64,000 bases of DNA from Opitutales bacterium (lineage in GTDB: Bacteria > Verrucomicrobiota > Verrucomicrobiia > Opitutales > PNEW01), in the NCBI GenBank assembly GCA_965197745.1, contig CBDANS010000007.1:1472001-1536000 (forward strand), given 5' to 3'. The translations under genes and the position numbers were made by a program. Positions 50,968-61,993 of the stretch are shown in pieces. The notes beneath the pieces are model-generated. The model was not told the origin of the DNA, ran no database searches, and was given only the letters and a program-made list of their open reading frames with translations. Position 1 is the stretch's first letter, and every line of letters begins with the position of its first letter.

Positions 50968-51134
50968 TGTCATTGGGAGAAGCGTAGCGACGACGCTACC
51001 CAACGCAGCGACATCTTCCATTCCAGGGGTTTGCCGGTCACGTATTGACATCCCCCTGGAATGGAAGATATCGTCCCACATTTGCGGGACTCGGTAGCTT
51101 CGTCTCCCGCAGACGCGAGATCCTCGCAATGACA
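50968..51134. repeat. TGTCATTG...CGCAATGACA palindromic MITE-like element
   Basis: Terminal inverted repeats like those at 25252, 27988 and 48189. Confidence 0.7.
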
Positions 51135-51341
51135 ATAAAATTAATCTTTGTGTCTCTTGTGACACTGGAATATTTCAGTATGTTCGGCAGTGGCTATCTC
51201 AAATCCGCAGTCCGTACCGAGGACAAAGTCCGACATCATTCAAATCGAAAATAAAAAAAATGCTTCTCTCTATCTACCTATTCAATTGGCGATTGCGGAT
51301 TGGTTATTAACCATCTATGAAATTATAAGGTAAAGGATGTC

Positions 51342-52139
51342 ATGTTGTCGGACGGGCAGAAAATTTTTTTTAAGACATTTGGGTACCTTATCATGCGCCA
51401 GGTATTTACCGTGCAGGAAATGGATGAAATCTGTCGTGAGTCTGAACGACTTTTTCATGAGAATAGACAAGGTAAACCTTTTTCAGGCAAAAGGCGCCAG
51501 GCGGTGATGCCTTTTTTCGAAAAAAGCCCCATACTTATACGTTTTTTGGAAGATGATCGTATTAATCAGCTGGGCGTTGACCTTTTGGGGCCCGGGTTTG
51601 TCATGGTCTGCACCGAGGGTAACCTGCACGTGGGTGACACTCAATGGCACGGTGGTGGCATGGAAACTGCAGTTGTTCCACATATCAAGATTGCCCTCTA
51701 TCTGGAGCCGACAAGAAAAGACACCGGAGCCCTGCGCGTAATTCCCGGGACCAACCATCCGGAATTCAGGCAGCAACTGCAACCCCTGAAAGCCCAGTAC
51801 GATGATCCGAGCGTGCAGCCTTTCGGTATCCCCGGTGAGTTAATGCCTTGTCATTACTTCGAATCAGAACCGGGTGATATTTTCGTCTTCTCGGAAGACA
51901 CCTGGCACGCGGCATTCGGCGGCGCCCCGGGACGTTCCCAGCACGCCTTCAACTTTATGGCCAACCCGGTAACAGAAGAGGAAGTCGCCCATCTCAAGAA
52001 ACTTTATGAAGGTTGGGTTTATGCTCTACATCCCCCCGAGGAGCTAATCAACAGTGACCGACCCCGGCTCAGAGGCATGGTGGAAAAGCTATTAGAGTTT
52101 GAATTTGAACCAGCTCCACCAGCTGAAATATTCGCATGA
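51342..52139 (+). CDS. PhyH family dioxygenase-like protein
   Basis: FFKTFGYL, IKIALYL, GALRVIPGTNH and PGDIFVFSEDTWHA. The iron motif reads WHGG rather than HxD. Confidence 0.8.
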   Translation: MLSDGQKIFFKTFGYLIMRQVFTVQEMDEICRESERLFHENRQGKPFSGKRRQAVMPFFEKSPILIRFLEDDRINQLGVDLLGPGFVMVCTEGNLHVGDTQWHGGGMETAVVPHIKIALYLEPTRKDTGALRVIPGTNHPEFRQQLQPLKAQYDDPSVQPFGIPGELMPCHYFESEPGDIFVFSEDTWHAAFGGAPGRSQHAFNFMANPVTEEEVAHLKKLYEGWVYALHPPEELINSDRPRLRGMVEKLLEFEFEPAPPAEIFA

Positions 52140-52171
52140 TCGGCAGCAGCAATGAAGGTTGCTCAAAGCAT

Positions 52172-53008
52172 TTAATGGCCGTTCGGGATTTGAGCCACCA
52201 GATTATAATAAATACTTTCGCCGCATTTAAGTTTTAAATAGGGGTAACTTCCCGTAGTCCCCGCAAAGAACGCTGCGGCTTTTCTAAAGGGGGTAGGGAC
52301 GGTCTCCTTAATCTTGCGTATTTTACGTTCATCGTCCTGGTGCATTGCGGCCATAACTCGATCCGTTATCATTTCTTCATCTTTAACAATGAGACCAGCC
52401 TCTTTCAAAAATATCAGTATCATATCGTAGACTACTTTTTCGATAACATCTGAACAAATAAAATAGCCTCCAGGTTTCAGGACCCGCAGCACTTCACGAG
52501 TGAAAGCTTTTTTATCAGATAATGCGTGAAAAGATTCAATACTCATAACAGCGTCAAAACTTTGTTCTTCAAATGGCATCTCCAGGGCGTTACCGTTAAT
52601 AAATTTTAGGCCAGGGGCCTGGTAATTACGATTGCAGAAATTCACCCCGTTTCGCGTCAATTCAAGACCGGTCATTGATTGAGGGTTGTGATTGCGATGG
52701 ACAAACGAAGTTCCACCTCCACGGCCCGATCCTACTTCCAGCACATCCAAGCCTTTCAGTGGGACTTTTGATGCTGAATAATGATACAGTGATAAGGGCA
52801 GTCGTTCTTTCTCCACTCCGGGTTTCAGTTCGGGTAAATCAGATTCTTTCAAAGGAAGGTACCCGTAATTTATACATCGCCAGTCCGAATGATTCCGATA
52901 GAGGAAATTAAGCATTTCATAATAGACACGTGTATAGTATCGCCATTTTCTTATCCTGCGATAACTGCGGACAAAAAAGTTATTTCTTTTTATTTCGAGT
53001 TCCGTCAC
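52172..53008 (-). CDS. Class I SAM-dependent methyltransferase
   Basis: VLEVGSGRGGG, GNALEMPFEEQSFDAV and RVLKPGG. Confidence 0.9.
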   Translation of the reverse strand: MTELEIKRNNFFVRSYRRIRKWRYYTRVYYEMLNFLYRNHSDWRCINYGYLPLKESDLPELKPGVEKERLPLSLYHYSASKVPLKGLDVLEVGSGRGGGTSFVHRNHNPQSMTGLELTRNGVNFCNRNYQAPGLKFINGNALEMPFEEQSFDAVMSIESFHALSDKKAFTREVLRVLKPGGYFICSDVIEKVVYDMILIFLKEAGLIVKDEEMITDRVMAAMHQDDERKIRKIKETVPTPFRKAAAFFAGTTGSYPYLKLKCGESIYYNLVAQIPNGH

Positions 53009-53060
53009 GGGTATTATTTATCAATGATGTTAACTTAGAGAGATAAGCGTGTTACGGTGT

Positions 53061-53249
53061 TCAGACTTGATCGAGTTTCTGGCAACCTGGATTATCAACC
53101 TGCTTTTCTTCACCATCAGATCCACAGATGGCGCAACCACCGAGTCCGCCGCAACTGCCTTTGAGGCGACGTTTGCCAAAGATCACCCCAATAGCCATAG
53201 CGAAAATAAATGTAGCGAAAAATAATAATGTAATAAAGAACAATTTCAT
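53061..53249 (-). CDS. nqrM: Na+-NQR maturation protein NqrM
   Basis: TM helix followed by MAIGVIFG.RRLKGSCGGL..C..C; lies downstream of apbE and nqrF. Confidence 0.85.
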   Translation of the reverse strand: MKLFFITLLFFATFIFAMAIGVIFGKRRLKGSCGGLGGCAICGSDGEEKQVDNPGCQKLDQV

Positions 53250-53255
53250 GGTCTT

Positions 53256-54311
53256 TTACTCCTTATCCTGATGTTCACTTTTGAAATGTGATGTTTCCTT
53301 TTCCAAAAATCCATTTTCTTCTTTAATGATAAATAATGCCGCTATGTTTTCTTTTTCAGCTAATTGGAACCCTTCCTCGGGCCCGAGAACAATAAGCGCG
53401 GTGGCCAATGCATCGGCTTGCATACAGGAAGTGTCAAGCACCGTAACGGAGGCGAGGCGATGCTGGATAGGCTGGCCTGTTCTTGGGTTAATCTCATGGG
53501 AATACCTTTTACCGTCTTTAACAAAATAGTTTCTATAATCTCCGGATGTGGCAATAGACTGATCTTTAAGGGTAATGAATTTATGTATCGCTTTATTGTC
53601 TATTATAGGGCTTTCGATGGCAATATTCCAGAGTGTTTCATTATTTTTTCTTCCACTGGTCTTTATTTCCCCTCCTATATCCACAATGTAGTTTGTTATT
53701 CCGAGAGTTTCCAGAAAATTTGCGATGGAGTCTACGCCAAATCCTTTAGCTATCCCGGATAAATCAACATAAAGGTCTATGAGGTCTTTTTTTAAGGCAG
53801 GAGGGGAGAGACGCGACTCCAGGTGACGGGAGCCTACTTTCATTAAGGCATTATTTATATTATCCGGGCTGGGGATCTCATTCTTACCCCCAGGGGGACC
53901 AAAACCCCATAGGTTTACCAATGGCCCAACTGTTATATCAAATGCGCCTTCAGTTAACCGGTGAATTTTAAGCCCTTCTGATACCACCATTGCCGTTTCG
54001 ACGGAAACGGGAAACCAGTCTGTATTTTTATAGTTATTAAAACGTGAAAGTTCTGAGTCGGATATATAGGTGGACATCTGAGAGTTGATCTTATCCAGGA
54101 GTATCTCAATGTCGGCCTTTAATTCCCCTTCCTCAAGAGAGGAGCGCAACGACGCCACGGTGACTCTGTAATAGGTCCCCATGGTAAGCCCCGACAGGGT
54201 AGTGGAATGATCTACAGGCGCAGACGGAGAGGGTTTACTACAGTGAAAGAGAGCTAAGCTGTAGAAAATAAATAACCAAACTACGAATAAAGATTTTAAA
54301 TAAGATAACAT
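53256..54311 (-). CDS. apbE: FAD:protein FMN transferase ApbE
   Basis: GLTMGT, FDITVGPLVNLWGFG, DLSGIAKGFGVD, ATSGDYRNY and ADALATAL. Confidence 0.95.
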   Translation of the reverse strand: MLSYLKSLFVVWLFIFYSLALFHCSKPSPSAPVDHSTTLSGLTMGTYYRVTVASLRSSLEEGELKADIEILLDKINSQMSTYISDSELSRFNNYKNTDWFPVSVETAMVVSEGLKIHRLTEGAFDITVGPLVNLWGFGPPGGKNEIPSPDNINNALMKVGSRHLESRLSPPALKKDLIDLYVDLSGIAKGFGVDSIANFLETLGITNYIVDIGGEIKTSGRKNNETLWNIAIESPIIDNKAIHKFITLKDQSIATSGDYRNYFVKDGKRYSHEINPRTGQPIQHRLASVTVLDTSCMQADALATALIVLGPEEGFQLAEKENIAALFIIKEENGFLEKETSHFKSEHQDKE

Positions 54312-54415
54312 AATTCCAATTCAACTCCTGGGGGAATTTACGACCCTTTCAATATATTATGATCATTGAATGGAATTTATACTTGAGCAAGGGACGGGAT
54401 AAGTTCCGAAAAATA

Positions 54416-55654
54416 TTATCCACCAAAATCATCGAAGAGGATATTTTCTTCTTCAACGCCGAGGTCGGTGAGCATATTAATGACCGCTGAGTTCATCATG
54501 GGGGGCCCACAAATATAATATTCGCAATCTTCCGGTGCCGGGTGACCTTTAAGATAATTATCGTAGAGGACCTGATGGATAAATCCCGTATAGCCTTCCC
54601 AGTTGTCTTCCGGCAATGGTTCAGACAAGGCGACATGCCAGGTGAAATTATCATGTTTTTCCTGGAGCATATCATAGTCCTCGACATAAAACATTTCCCG
54701 CAAACTCCGGGCCCCATACCAGAAGGTAATTTTCCTTTTTGAATGTAAGCGACTGAGTTGATCAAAGATATGAGATCGCATCGGGGCCATACCCGCGCCA
54801 CCCCCGACAAAAATCATTTCGGCATCCGTTTCTTTGGCAAAGAATTCCCCAAAAGGTCCGGAAATGGTGACTTCATCTCCCGGTTTCAGATTGTAAATAT
54901 AGGAGGACATTTTGCCCGGGGGCAGCCCCTCTGGCGCTCGTGGGGGAGGAGTCGCAATTCGAACATTGAGCATGATAATTCCTTTTTCTTCCGGAAAATT
55001 AGCCATGGAATAAGCTCTGAATACCTCTTCATCGACAACCGATGTATAACGCCAGATATTAAATTTATCCCAGTCCGGTTTGTACTCATCATCAATATCG
55101 AAGTCTTTAAAATTGACAGCATGGGGCGGGCATTCGATCTGGATAAACCCACCCGCGCGAAAATCGACATTATCACCTGGTGGAAGCTCAAGTATCAGTT
55201 CTTTTATAAAGGTGGCGACGTCATCGTTGGAGCGGACTTTGCATTTCCATTTTTTGACTTCAAATACTTCAGCCGGAACTTCAATTTTCATGTCCTGCTT
55301 GACGGATACCGCGCAGGATAGCCGCGTGCCCTCGCGCGCTTCTCGCTTTGTAATGTGAGAAAGCTCTGTGGAAAGTATATCACCGCCTCCTTCATTAATT
55401 TTCACCCTGCACTGACCACAGGTACCCCCCCCACCACACGCGGATGAAACGAATATTTTCTCCGAGGCAAGGACGTTCAACAATTTGCCACCAGCGGGGA
55501 CAATTATTGATTTGTCCGGGTCATCGTTGATCATAATGTTCACGTTGCCGCTTTGGACCAGTTTAGCTTTGGCAATGAGTATGAATACCACGAGGAACAG
55601 CACGACGGTGGTAAACATGGTAACACCCAAAAGAATTTGTAAAATGTCAGACAC
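54416..55654 (-). CDS. nqrF: Na+-translocating NADH:quinone reductase subunit F
   Basis: [39 protein letters not shown] and a DDFGG end. Confidence 0.97.
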   Translation of the reverse strand: MSDILQILLGVTMFTTVVLFLVVFILIAKAKLVQSGNVNIMINDDPDKSIIVPAGGKLLNVLASEKIFVSSACGGGGTCGQCRVKINEGGGDILSTELSHITKREAREGTRLSCAVSVKQDMKIEVPAEVFEVKKWKCKVRSNDDVATFIKELILELPPGDNVDFRAGGFIQIECPPHAVNFKDFDIDDEYKPDWDKFNIWRYTSVVDEEVFRAYSMANFPEEKGIIMLNVRIATPPPRAPEGLPPGKMSSYIYNLKPGDEVTISGPFGEFFAKETDAEMIFVGGGAGMAPMRSHIFDQLSRLHSKRKITFWYGARSLREMFYVEDYDMLQEKHDNFTWHVALSEPLPEDNWEGYTGFIHQVLYDNYLKGHPAPEDCEYYICGPPMMNSAVINMLTDLGVEEENILFDDFGG

Positions 55655-55681
55655 TTCTGTTTCTTCCTTTTTCCCTGATTA

Positions 55682-56293
55682 CTAAAGCTGAATTCCGGAA
55701 AAAGCCATAAAGGCCAATGACATTAATCCAACCGTAATAAAAGTGATACCCAGTCCCTTGAGACCATCAGGAATATCACTGTATTTCAGTTTCTCGCGTA
55801 TACCCGCCAGACCGGCAATAGCGATGGCCCAGCCGAAACCGGTGCCAAAACCAAAAACCACACTTTCGGAAAAATTATAATCGCGTTGCACCATAAATAG
55901 GGACCCACCAAGAATAGCACAATTCACGGTAATGAGGGGCAGAAATATTCCCAAAGCGTTATAGAGAGCAGGGACAAATTTATCTAATATCATTTCCAGA
56001 ATCTGTATCATGGCGGCGATGACACCGATATAGGAGATAAAACCAAGAAATGAAAGATCGGCGCCATGAATCCCTGCCCAGGTAAGCGCATCCTCCTTAA
56101 GAAGATATTGATAGATCAGATTATTCGCGGGGATAGTGACGGTCTGGACCACGATTACCGCTATTCCTAAACCGATGGCGGTGTCGACTTTTTTGGAAAC
56201 TGCGAGAAAAGTGCACATCCCGAGGAAGAAGGCCAAGGCCATATTTTCAACAAAGACAGAGGTAAAAAATATACTGAGATAGTTTTCAATCAT
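55682..56293 (-). CDS. nqrE: Na+-NQR subunit E
   Basis: [21 protein letters not shown] and [17 protein letters not shown]56293 is the preferred start. Confidence 0.96.
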   Translation of the reverse strand: MIENYLSIFFTSVFVENMALAFFLGMCTFLAVSKKVDTAIGLGIAVIVVQTVTIPANNLIYQYLLKEDALTWAGIHGADLSFLGFISYIGVIAAMIQILEMILDKFVPALYNALGIFLPLITVNCAILGGSLFMVQRDYNFSESVVFGFGTGFGWAIAIAGLAGIREKLKYSDIPDGLKGLGITFITVGLMSLAFMAFSGIQL

Positions 56294-56298
56294 GGGTA

Positions 56299-56922
56299 TT
56301 AATCTTCCTCCACTTGTTCCTCTTTCCAACTCCTTAAGATCCAGATAAAGAATCCTATGATAAAGAATGCACTGGGGGGCAGCAGCATCATGCCATTAGA
56401 TACATACCATCCCCCTTCAGTGGAGAGCGGGAGAATAACAAAGCCGTATAATCGGCCGGACCCAAACAGTTCTCGGAGAACACCGACGACAATAAGAATC
56501 AGGCTATATCCTAACCCGTTACCAATTCCATCAAGGAAACTCCGAAAGACCGACTCTTTCATGGCGAAGGCTTCGGCTCTTCCCATAACGATACAATTGG
56601 TGATTATCAATCCGACAAAAATGGAGAGCTGCTTGCTGATGTCATAAGCAAAAGCTTTAAGGATCTGATCAACGATGATGACGAGTGAAGCGATGATTGT
56701 CATCTGAACGATTATCCTGATGCTAGTAGGGATATGATTCCGAATAAAGCTGACGCTGGCATTAGACAGTCCCAGGACAAAAATTACGGCGACAGCCATG
56801 ACGAATACCGTTTCCAGCTTGGTGGTAATGGCTAACGCAGAGCAAATGCCAAGCACTTGAAGCGCAATTGGATTATTGTTAAAGAGTGGGTCCAGTAGAA
56901 CTTTGGATGATTTACTAGCCAT
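56299..56922 (-). CDS. nqrD: Na+-NQR subunit D
   Basis: [16 protein letters not shown] and [17 protein letters not shown]. Confidence 0.96.
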   Translation of the reverse strand: MASKSSKVLLDPLFNNNPIALQVLGICSALAITTKLETVFVMAVAVIFVLGLSNASVSFIRNHIPTSIRIIVQMTIIASLVIIVDQILKAFAYDISKQLSIFVGLIITNCIVMGRAEAFAMKESVFRSFLDGIGNGLGYSLILIVVGVLRELFGSGRLYGFVILPLSTEGGWYVSNGMMLLPPSAFFIIGFFIWILRSWKEEQVEED

Positions 56923-57700
56923 GGTTTACTGATTCACTGTTTCTTAATTTATTTAAAAAAGGTTCAAATCCATTATCCCCCAGCCAGTATTGGAGAAGGC
57001 CTGATATTCCACGACTCGTGATCGTGGCTCCCGATAAACCATCCACCTGGTATTGAATAATGGGACTGCTGGGATTCACTTTTCCTTTAAGGACTTCTAT
57101 GCGGGTGTTCCATTTATCGTCAAATGCTTTTTTCCCAACCCATTGAGCTTTCCAGAGAGGATTATCAACTTCGCCTCCCAATCCCGGGGTTTCCCCGTGT
57201 TCATAAAAGGCAAAACCATTAATGGTACTCAAGTCCGCATCCAAAGCAAGAAACCCGTATAAGGTGGACCAAAGCCCTCTTCCATGAACGGGAAGAATCA
57301 ATTGTTGCAAATTTCCTGCTTCATCTTTGGCGATGTAGACGAGCGCAAATTTCGATCGGCGTTTGTTACCCCCGAAATCCACTTCTTTCGGAATACCTAT
57401 TCCGAATTCCTGGCTTTTCGCGGCTTTTCGTTGATCAAAAATCTGGGCGTCAATCTCGTCATTAAATTCCCCGGTGGTGAGTTCAACCACCTTGATTTCA
57501 AATTCTCCAAAGAGCTCATCAATGGACTTACCCTCTTCCAGAAGACCCGCCGCCATGAGGATGTTTTTCTTTCTGTCCAAATCCTTATTTTTTATCTGGT
57601 TGGATTTCAGGAAAACCGCGGCGCCGGAGACAAATATAGAACAGACGATGGAAACCAGTCCCGCTACAATAAAGGTCTTTGATATCGTATCTTTAGCCAT
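56915..57700 (-). CDS. nqrC: Na+-NQR subunit C
   Basis: [16 protein letters not shown] and the FMN site [11 protein letters not shown]. Confidence 0.96.
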   Translation of the reverse strand: MAKDTISKTFIVAGLVSIVCSIFVSGAAVFLKSNQIKNKDLDRKKNILMAAGLLEEGKSIDELFGEFEIKVVELTTGEFNDEIDAQIFDQRKAAKSQEFGIGIPKEVDFGGNKRRSKFALVYIAKDEAGNLQQLILPVHGRGLWSTLYGFLALDADLSTINGFAFYEHGETPGLGGEVDNPLWKAQWVGKKAFDDKWNTRIEVLKGKVNPSSPIIQYQVDGLSGATITSRGISGLLQYWLGDNGFEPFLNKLRNSESVNHG

Positions 57701-58904
57701 ATCGAAGCTTCCTTTTTTTAATGTGCGCGTTCACTACCAGGTAGTCAATGACGGGCGCGAATACATTGCCGAAGAGGATCGAGAGCATCATCCCTTCGGG
57801 GAAAGCGGGATTAATGACACGGACGAGGATGACAAGAAAGCCAATAAGGAAACCATAGATCCATTTTCCCGTATCAGTCATAGCGGCAGATACGGGATCG
57901 GTTGCCATAAAGACAAGGCCGAAAGCAAATCCGCCAAGGACCAAATGCCATGCCGGGCTCATCGCAAACATGGAGTTCGTTTCACTTCCAATCGTAAAGA
58001 GAAAACCGGAAGTAACGAGAGCGCCTATTAACAACGAGAGCATAATGCGCCATGAGCCGACACCGGTAAGGACAAGCAATGCGGCTCCGATGAGGCAAGC
58101 CAGCGTGGACGTCTCACCCATCGAACCTTGAATCTGTCCGAAAAAGGCCTGCTTCCAACTGATTGCCGCAGTGAGATCTTCCATGCTTTCAGCAGCGACA
58201 AGACCAAGGGGAGTGGCTCCACTGAAACCGTCAACAGCGGTCCAGACGAAATCTCCAGACATCTGCGCGGGGTAAGCGAAAAAGACAAAGGCGCGGGCCG
58301 TAAGCGCGGGATTGAGAAAATTTTTCCCTGTTCCTCCGAATATCTCTTTGCCCACAACCACGCCAAAGGTAATACCAACGGCTACTTGCCAGAGGGGAAT
58401 GGTGGGCGGAAGGGTTAGGGGGAAAAGCAAACCGGTTACAAGAAAACCTTCGTTAACTTCGTGTTTTCTAATGGCCGCAAATATCACTTCCCAAATACCA
58501 CCCACGATATTACAAACGAGGAAGACGGGTATAAAATAAAGCGCTCCATGGAGAATGTTCGAAATTATACTCTGCGCATCATAACCCACACCCAATGTTT
58601 GCATGACAATACCCCGCCATCCGGGCACTGATAACACTCCCATTTCTACGATAGCGGTATTGGCTTGATAACCGGTATTGTAGATGGCCATGAAGATGCA
58701 CGGAACAAGGGAAATGGCGACCGTGATCATCATGCGTTTCAAGTCCATTCCGTCCCGCACGTGAGTAGCCCCTTGGGTGACCTGTCCCGGTGAATAAAGA
58801 AAGGTATCAATCGCTTCATAAAGCGGGTAAAGTTTTTCCAACTTTCCGCCTTTAGCGAAGTGGGGGTGTAAACTATCCAGTGATTTTCTTAAAATTTTCA
58901 TCAA
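57693..58904 (-). CDS. nqrB: Na+-NQR subunit B
   Basis: [31 protein letters not shown] site DGFSGATPL and FMATDPVS. Confidence 0.96.
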   Translation of the reverse strand: MMKILRKSLDSLHPHFAKGGKLEKLYPLYEAIDTFLYSPGQVTQGATHVRDGMDLKRMMITVAISLVPCIFMAIYNTGYQANTAIVEMGVLSVPGWRGIVMQTLGVGYDAQSIISNILHGALYFIPVFLVCNIVGGIWEVIFAAIRKHEVNEGFLVTGLLFPLTLPPTIPLWQVAVGITFGVVVGKEIFGGTGKNFLNPALTARAFVFFAYPAQMSGDFVWTAVDGFSGATPLGLVAAESMEDLTAAISWKQAFFGQIQGSMGETSTLACLIGAALLVLTGVGSWRIMLSLLIGALVTSGFLFTIGSETNSMFAMSPAWHLVLGGFAFGLVFMATDPVSAAMTDTGKWIYGFLIGFLVILVRVINPAFPEGMMLSILFGNVFAPVIDYLVVNAHIKKRKLRYG

Positions 58905-60247
58905 CCCTCTATTTCGATACGCGTAAGATTTTGCCTTAATATTGGACCATAATCAGATTTACCGGGGCAGACGAATGTAGATAGAGCCAGGTCTTCTTCA
59001 TCAAGTTCCAGGCACCCTAATGCTTGAGCTTGATCGGTGTCTTCGACGATGAGTGCCCGCAGAAGAAATGTAATAAATATATCCATGGGCATGATTTTCT
59101 CATACATACCAATGGGAACCATGGCACGCGGACTTCCTTCCGTCGATGAGGTGAAACCAAATTTTTTCCCCGGTATAAATTTTGAAATAAAAGTAGGTTT
59201 GACCGAAAATTTATCAAAGCCGGGACGGTGCCAATCCATGAACACGCGCTCCCGATTTTCAGCGATGACGCTGATTTGAAGATGATAGCGGCCAAGAAAA
59301 GCAAATGGACCATCAGCATGATGCCCATATAATACAGAACCCGAGATGACGCGTGTTTCACCATCTATCAATTCATTGGCGACAATGTCTTCAATATTCG
59401 CCCCTATGCGCGTGCGCAGCAGGCGCGGGCGATTTACCATGGGGCCGGCGAGAGAAATAATTCTCTCCACATCAATATTCCCGGTCGTGAAGAGGGAGCC
59501 TATGGCCATGACGTCCTGGTAATTTAAATGCCAAACCGTTTTCCTGGTGCTGACAGGATCAAGAAAATGAATGTGCGTTCCCACCAGACCCGCGGGATGG
59601 GGCCCATTAAAATCAGCCGTTGTGACAAAATCCAAATCGGCACCGGGCAGAGAAATACCGGTCTCATGACAGAGATAAAGTTTTCCATCAGTAAGTTTTG
59701 AGATAAGTGTTAATCCATTGATAAAATCTTTATCTCTCCCTTGAATAATAAGATGGGGTTGCAGGGCCAGGGGATTGGTATCCATGGCATTGACGAATAT
59801 AGATTGAGGGATGGTTTCGGGTGCCGGCACCTTGCTGTAAGGTCGAGTTCGAAATACAGGCCATAGACCGGAAGCGAGCAGATTTTCTTTAACCTCCTCT
59901 CGAGTAAGATTCGAAATCCTCTCACTCGAATAGGAAGTGAAAGTTTCCTCATCATTGCCACTTACTTCAATGACCACGGATAGCAAGGCTCTTTTATCAC
60001 CGCGATTAATGGCAATAACCTTACCGCAGGCTGGGGAGGTGTAGCGTACTCCCGGGGTTTTTTTGTCAGTAAAAAGGAGCTGTCCCAGCTTCACCGGATC
60101 ATCGACTTTTACCGCCATCGTGGGTTTCATTGCCACATATTCAGTGCCGATCACCGCAACGGTCTTAACCGTAGCAGCTTCTTCAACTGTTAACTCGGGC
60201 TCTCCCTTAAAAGGTAAATTTAACCCTCTTTTAATATTATAAGACAA
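58901..60247 (-). CDS. nqrA: Na+-NQR subunit A
   Basis: [27 protein letters not shown] and [19 protein letters not shown] start. Confidence 0.96.
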   Translation of the reverse strand: MSYNIKRGLNLPFKGEPELTVEEAATVKTVAVIGTEYVAMKPTMAVKVDDPVKLGQLLFTDKKTPGVRYTSPACGKVIAINRGDKRALLSVVIEVSGNDEETFTSYSSERISNLTREEVKENLLASGLWPVFRTRPYSKVPAPETIPQSIFVNAMDTNPLALQPHLIIQGRDKDFINGLTLISKLTDGKLYLCHETGISLPGADLDFVTTADFNGPHPAGLVGTHIHFLDPVSTRKTVWHLNYQDVMAIGSLFTTGNIDVERIISLAGPMVNRPRLLRTRIGANIEDIVANELIDGETRVISGSVLYGHHADGPFAFLGRYHLQISVIAENRERVFMDWHRPGFDKFSVKPTFISKFIPGKKFGFTSSTEGSPRAMVPIGMYEKIMPMDIFITFLLRALIVEDTDQAQALGCLELDEEDLALSTFVCPGKSDYGPILRQNLTRIEIEG

Positions 60248-60502
60248 ACCTGCTCCTAGTTCTTATTTTAATATGTATTTTCAAGATATTGCCGAATTGG
60301 TTATACAATTTCCAGCCCACGAAGGTAGCCGATTTTTAGGGAGTTCAATATAAGAGGAAATTAAAAACGTGAATTTATATTTTCTAATACTAAATGCAAG
60401 TAAGTTGCCCAATATTTTCAACTAATGAAAGCATCTATTAGTAGATACAAAAACTTCAATCAGATCAGCTTCATCCATACGAACAATTTATAGGCATAAG
60501 TA

Positions 60503-60666
60503 TCTTCGTCTTCGTCTGCCTCGTCGTCTTCGTCCCTGCATTATTTTTCTGGAGGGACGCACTCCGTTGCGTCCGCTGGGAAGTTTGAGATATTACCTCA
60601 GAGTTATTTCAATTATTTAATTTATCAGGGGGCAATGACGCAGACGAAGACGCGGACGAAGAGGAA
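60503..60666. repeat. CTTCGT-unit inverted repeat enclosing a GGAGGGACGC...GCGTCC REP-like hairpin
   Basis: tcttcgtcttcgtctgcctcgtcgtcttcgtcc pairs with gacgcagacgaagacgcggacgaagagg; a hairpin starts at 60551. Confidence 0.65.
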
Positions 60667-60668
60667 TA

Positions 60669-61955
60669 TCAATAAACACCTTTAGCTTTTTGAATAGCGT
60701 CAGTGGTCAAATCCGGCTCCCAAAGCCACAAACAATAGCCGTCAAAACCATTTTCCCTTAAGCATAGGATCTTTTCCTTCAAGCTATCGAGGTCATGATT
60801 GTAAAGCCATACGTAGGGATACATGGGAATCTTCCCTTGCAGGGATTGAAGATGTTTCATCTGTCGTCCAATCGTTGAAAGATCAAAGGTGTCTGAGTAA
60901 TACATGTCTTCTTCCTTGGGATAACTGGGCTGATAAACTTCAGGTCCCGGTCCGAGATCACACAGCTCGTGTATCCCCTTTCGTAATACCGTGGCATCCC
61001 CTCGCTTGGATTCATTTGTAATTTGGTCAACAGCAAGGGGAATGATGGAACCCGTAAAATATTCAGGAAACTTGGGAGCGACCCAGTCGTAGAGGGTATA
61101 GATCTCATCATAAGCGGTGCCAAAAAGCCTGGAAACTGAAGGGAGAAAAAACTCCAGTCCAATCTTAAGGTCCGGTTGGTGATCTTTTGCCGCAGCGCGG
61201 CAACCTTCAGTTATTTTTTTTATGAATGCAGTTAAAGCATTCATGCGAAATTTTATCCATATCGCCAATTGAGGTCTTTCCATTAAAAAGTTCAGGATAC
61301 CATCAGGAGTATTAGCAAAATGGTGTTTCAGTTTTTCCGTGGAGGAAGCCAGAAAAAGATAAAATGCTTCTACTTCCTGTTTCATTTTCTCAAAGTCGAT
61401 TCCTTGAGCCTCTGCTTTATCCCGACAGTGATTACAAAAACAGAGGAACATACCCTTGAGCCCATGGCGCGGCCAGACCGGATATTCGACATGATTCAGG
61501 TGTACGCTATCAAGGGTTGACCATGTGGCGACTGTTTCACGTATCATCGTCTCTCCCCATTGCAAGACTTCGGGATTATTGGGACAGCCGTGTAAGATCG
61601 AGGCATCCTCTTTCGCATTGCGATCGGTAATATCAACCATTCTCAGCTTATCGAGATCAGTGAAAGAGGGATGCAGTGGACAAATATTAGAAGTGACCTT
61701 GAACCCTTTATCTTTTGCCAGGCTAAGAAATGACATCATGGAAGCGTATTCGTCGTCGGTGACCTTTGGAGGGCCCGGACCCTGAAAAGCATTAATTGAT
61801 GGAAGGATTAACGGTGCGCCTTCACGTCTCCATCCCCAGCAGGTGTTACTTACGGTGATGACATTAATATCGGTCCAATTTGCGAGATCGTCGAGGACAC
61901 GCTCCGGCTCCTTTAGTGCAACCGGCCAGTGCATAAACAATGATTTTATCGACAT
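60669..61955 (-). CDS. Hypothetical protein, possibly a TIM-barrel glycoside-hydrolase-like fold
   Basis: 428-aa ORF with GCPNNPEV, HVEYP and CFCNHC motifs; in the same direction as the upstream genes. Confidence 0.6.
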   Translation of the reverse strand: MSIKSLFMHWPVALKEPERVLDDLANWTDINVITVSNTCWGWRREGAPLILPSINAFQGPGPPKVTDDEYASMMSFLSLAKDKGFKVTSNICPLHPSFTDLDKLRMVDITDRNAKEDASILHGCPNNPEVLQWGETMIRETVATWSTLDSVHLNHVEYPVWPRHGLKGMFLCFCNHCRDKAEAQGIDFEKMKQEVEAFYLFLASSTEKLKHHFANTPDGILNFLMERPQLAIWIKFRMNALTAFIKKITEGCRAAAKDHQPDLKIGLEFFLPSVSRLFGTAYDEIYTLYDWVAPKFPEYFTGSIIPLAVDQITNESKRGDATVLRKGIHELCDLGPGPEVYQPSYPKEEDMYYSDTFDLSTIGRQMKHLQSLQGKIPMYPYVWLYNHDLDSLKEKILCLRENGFDGYCLWLWEPDLTTDAIQKAKGVY

Positions 61956-61993
61956 GGCCGAACAGTAATCATGCGCAATTTTAAATGAGCAGA

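Noticed and set aside
53061..60247. nqr operon as a novelty
   Set aside because: The order nqrABCDEF-apbE-nqrM is canonical and is informative only about sodium-based energetics.
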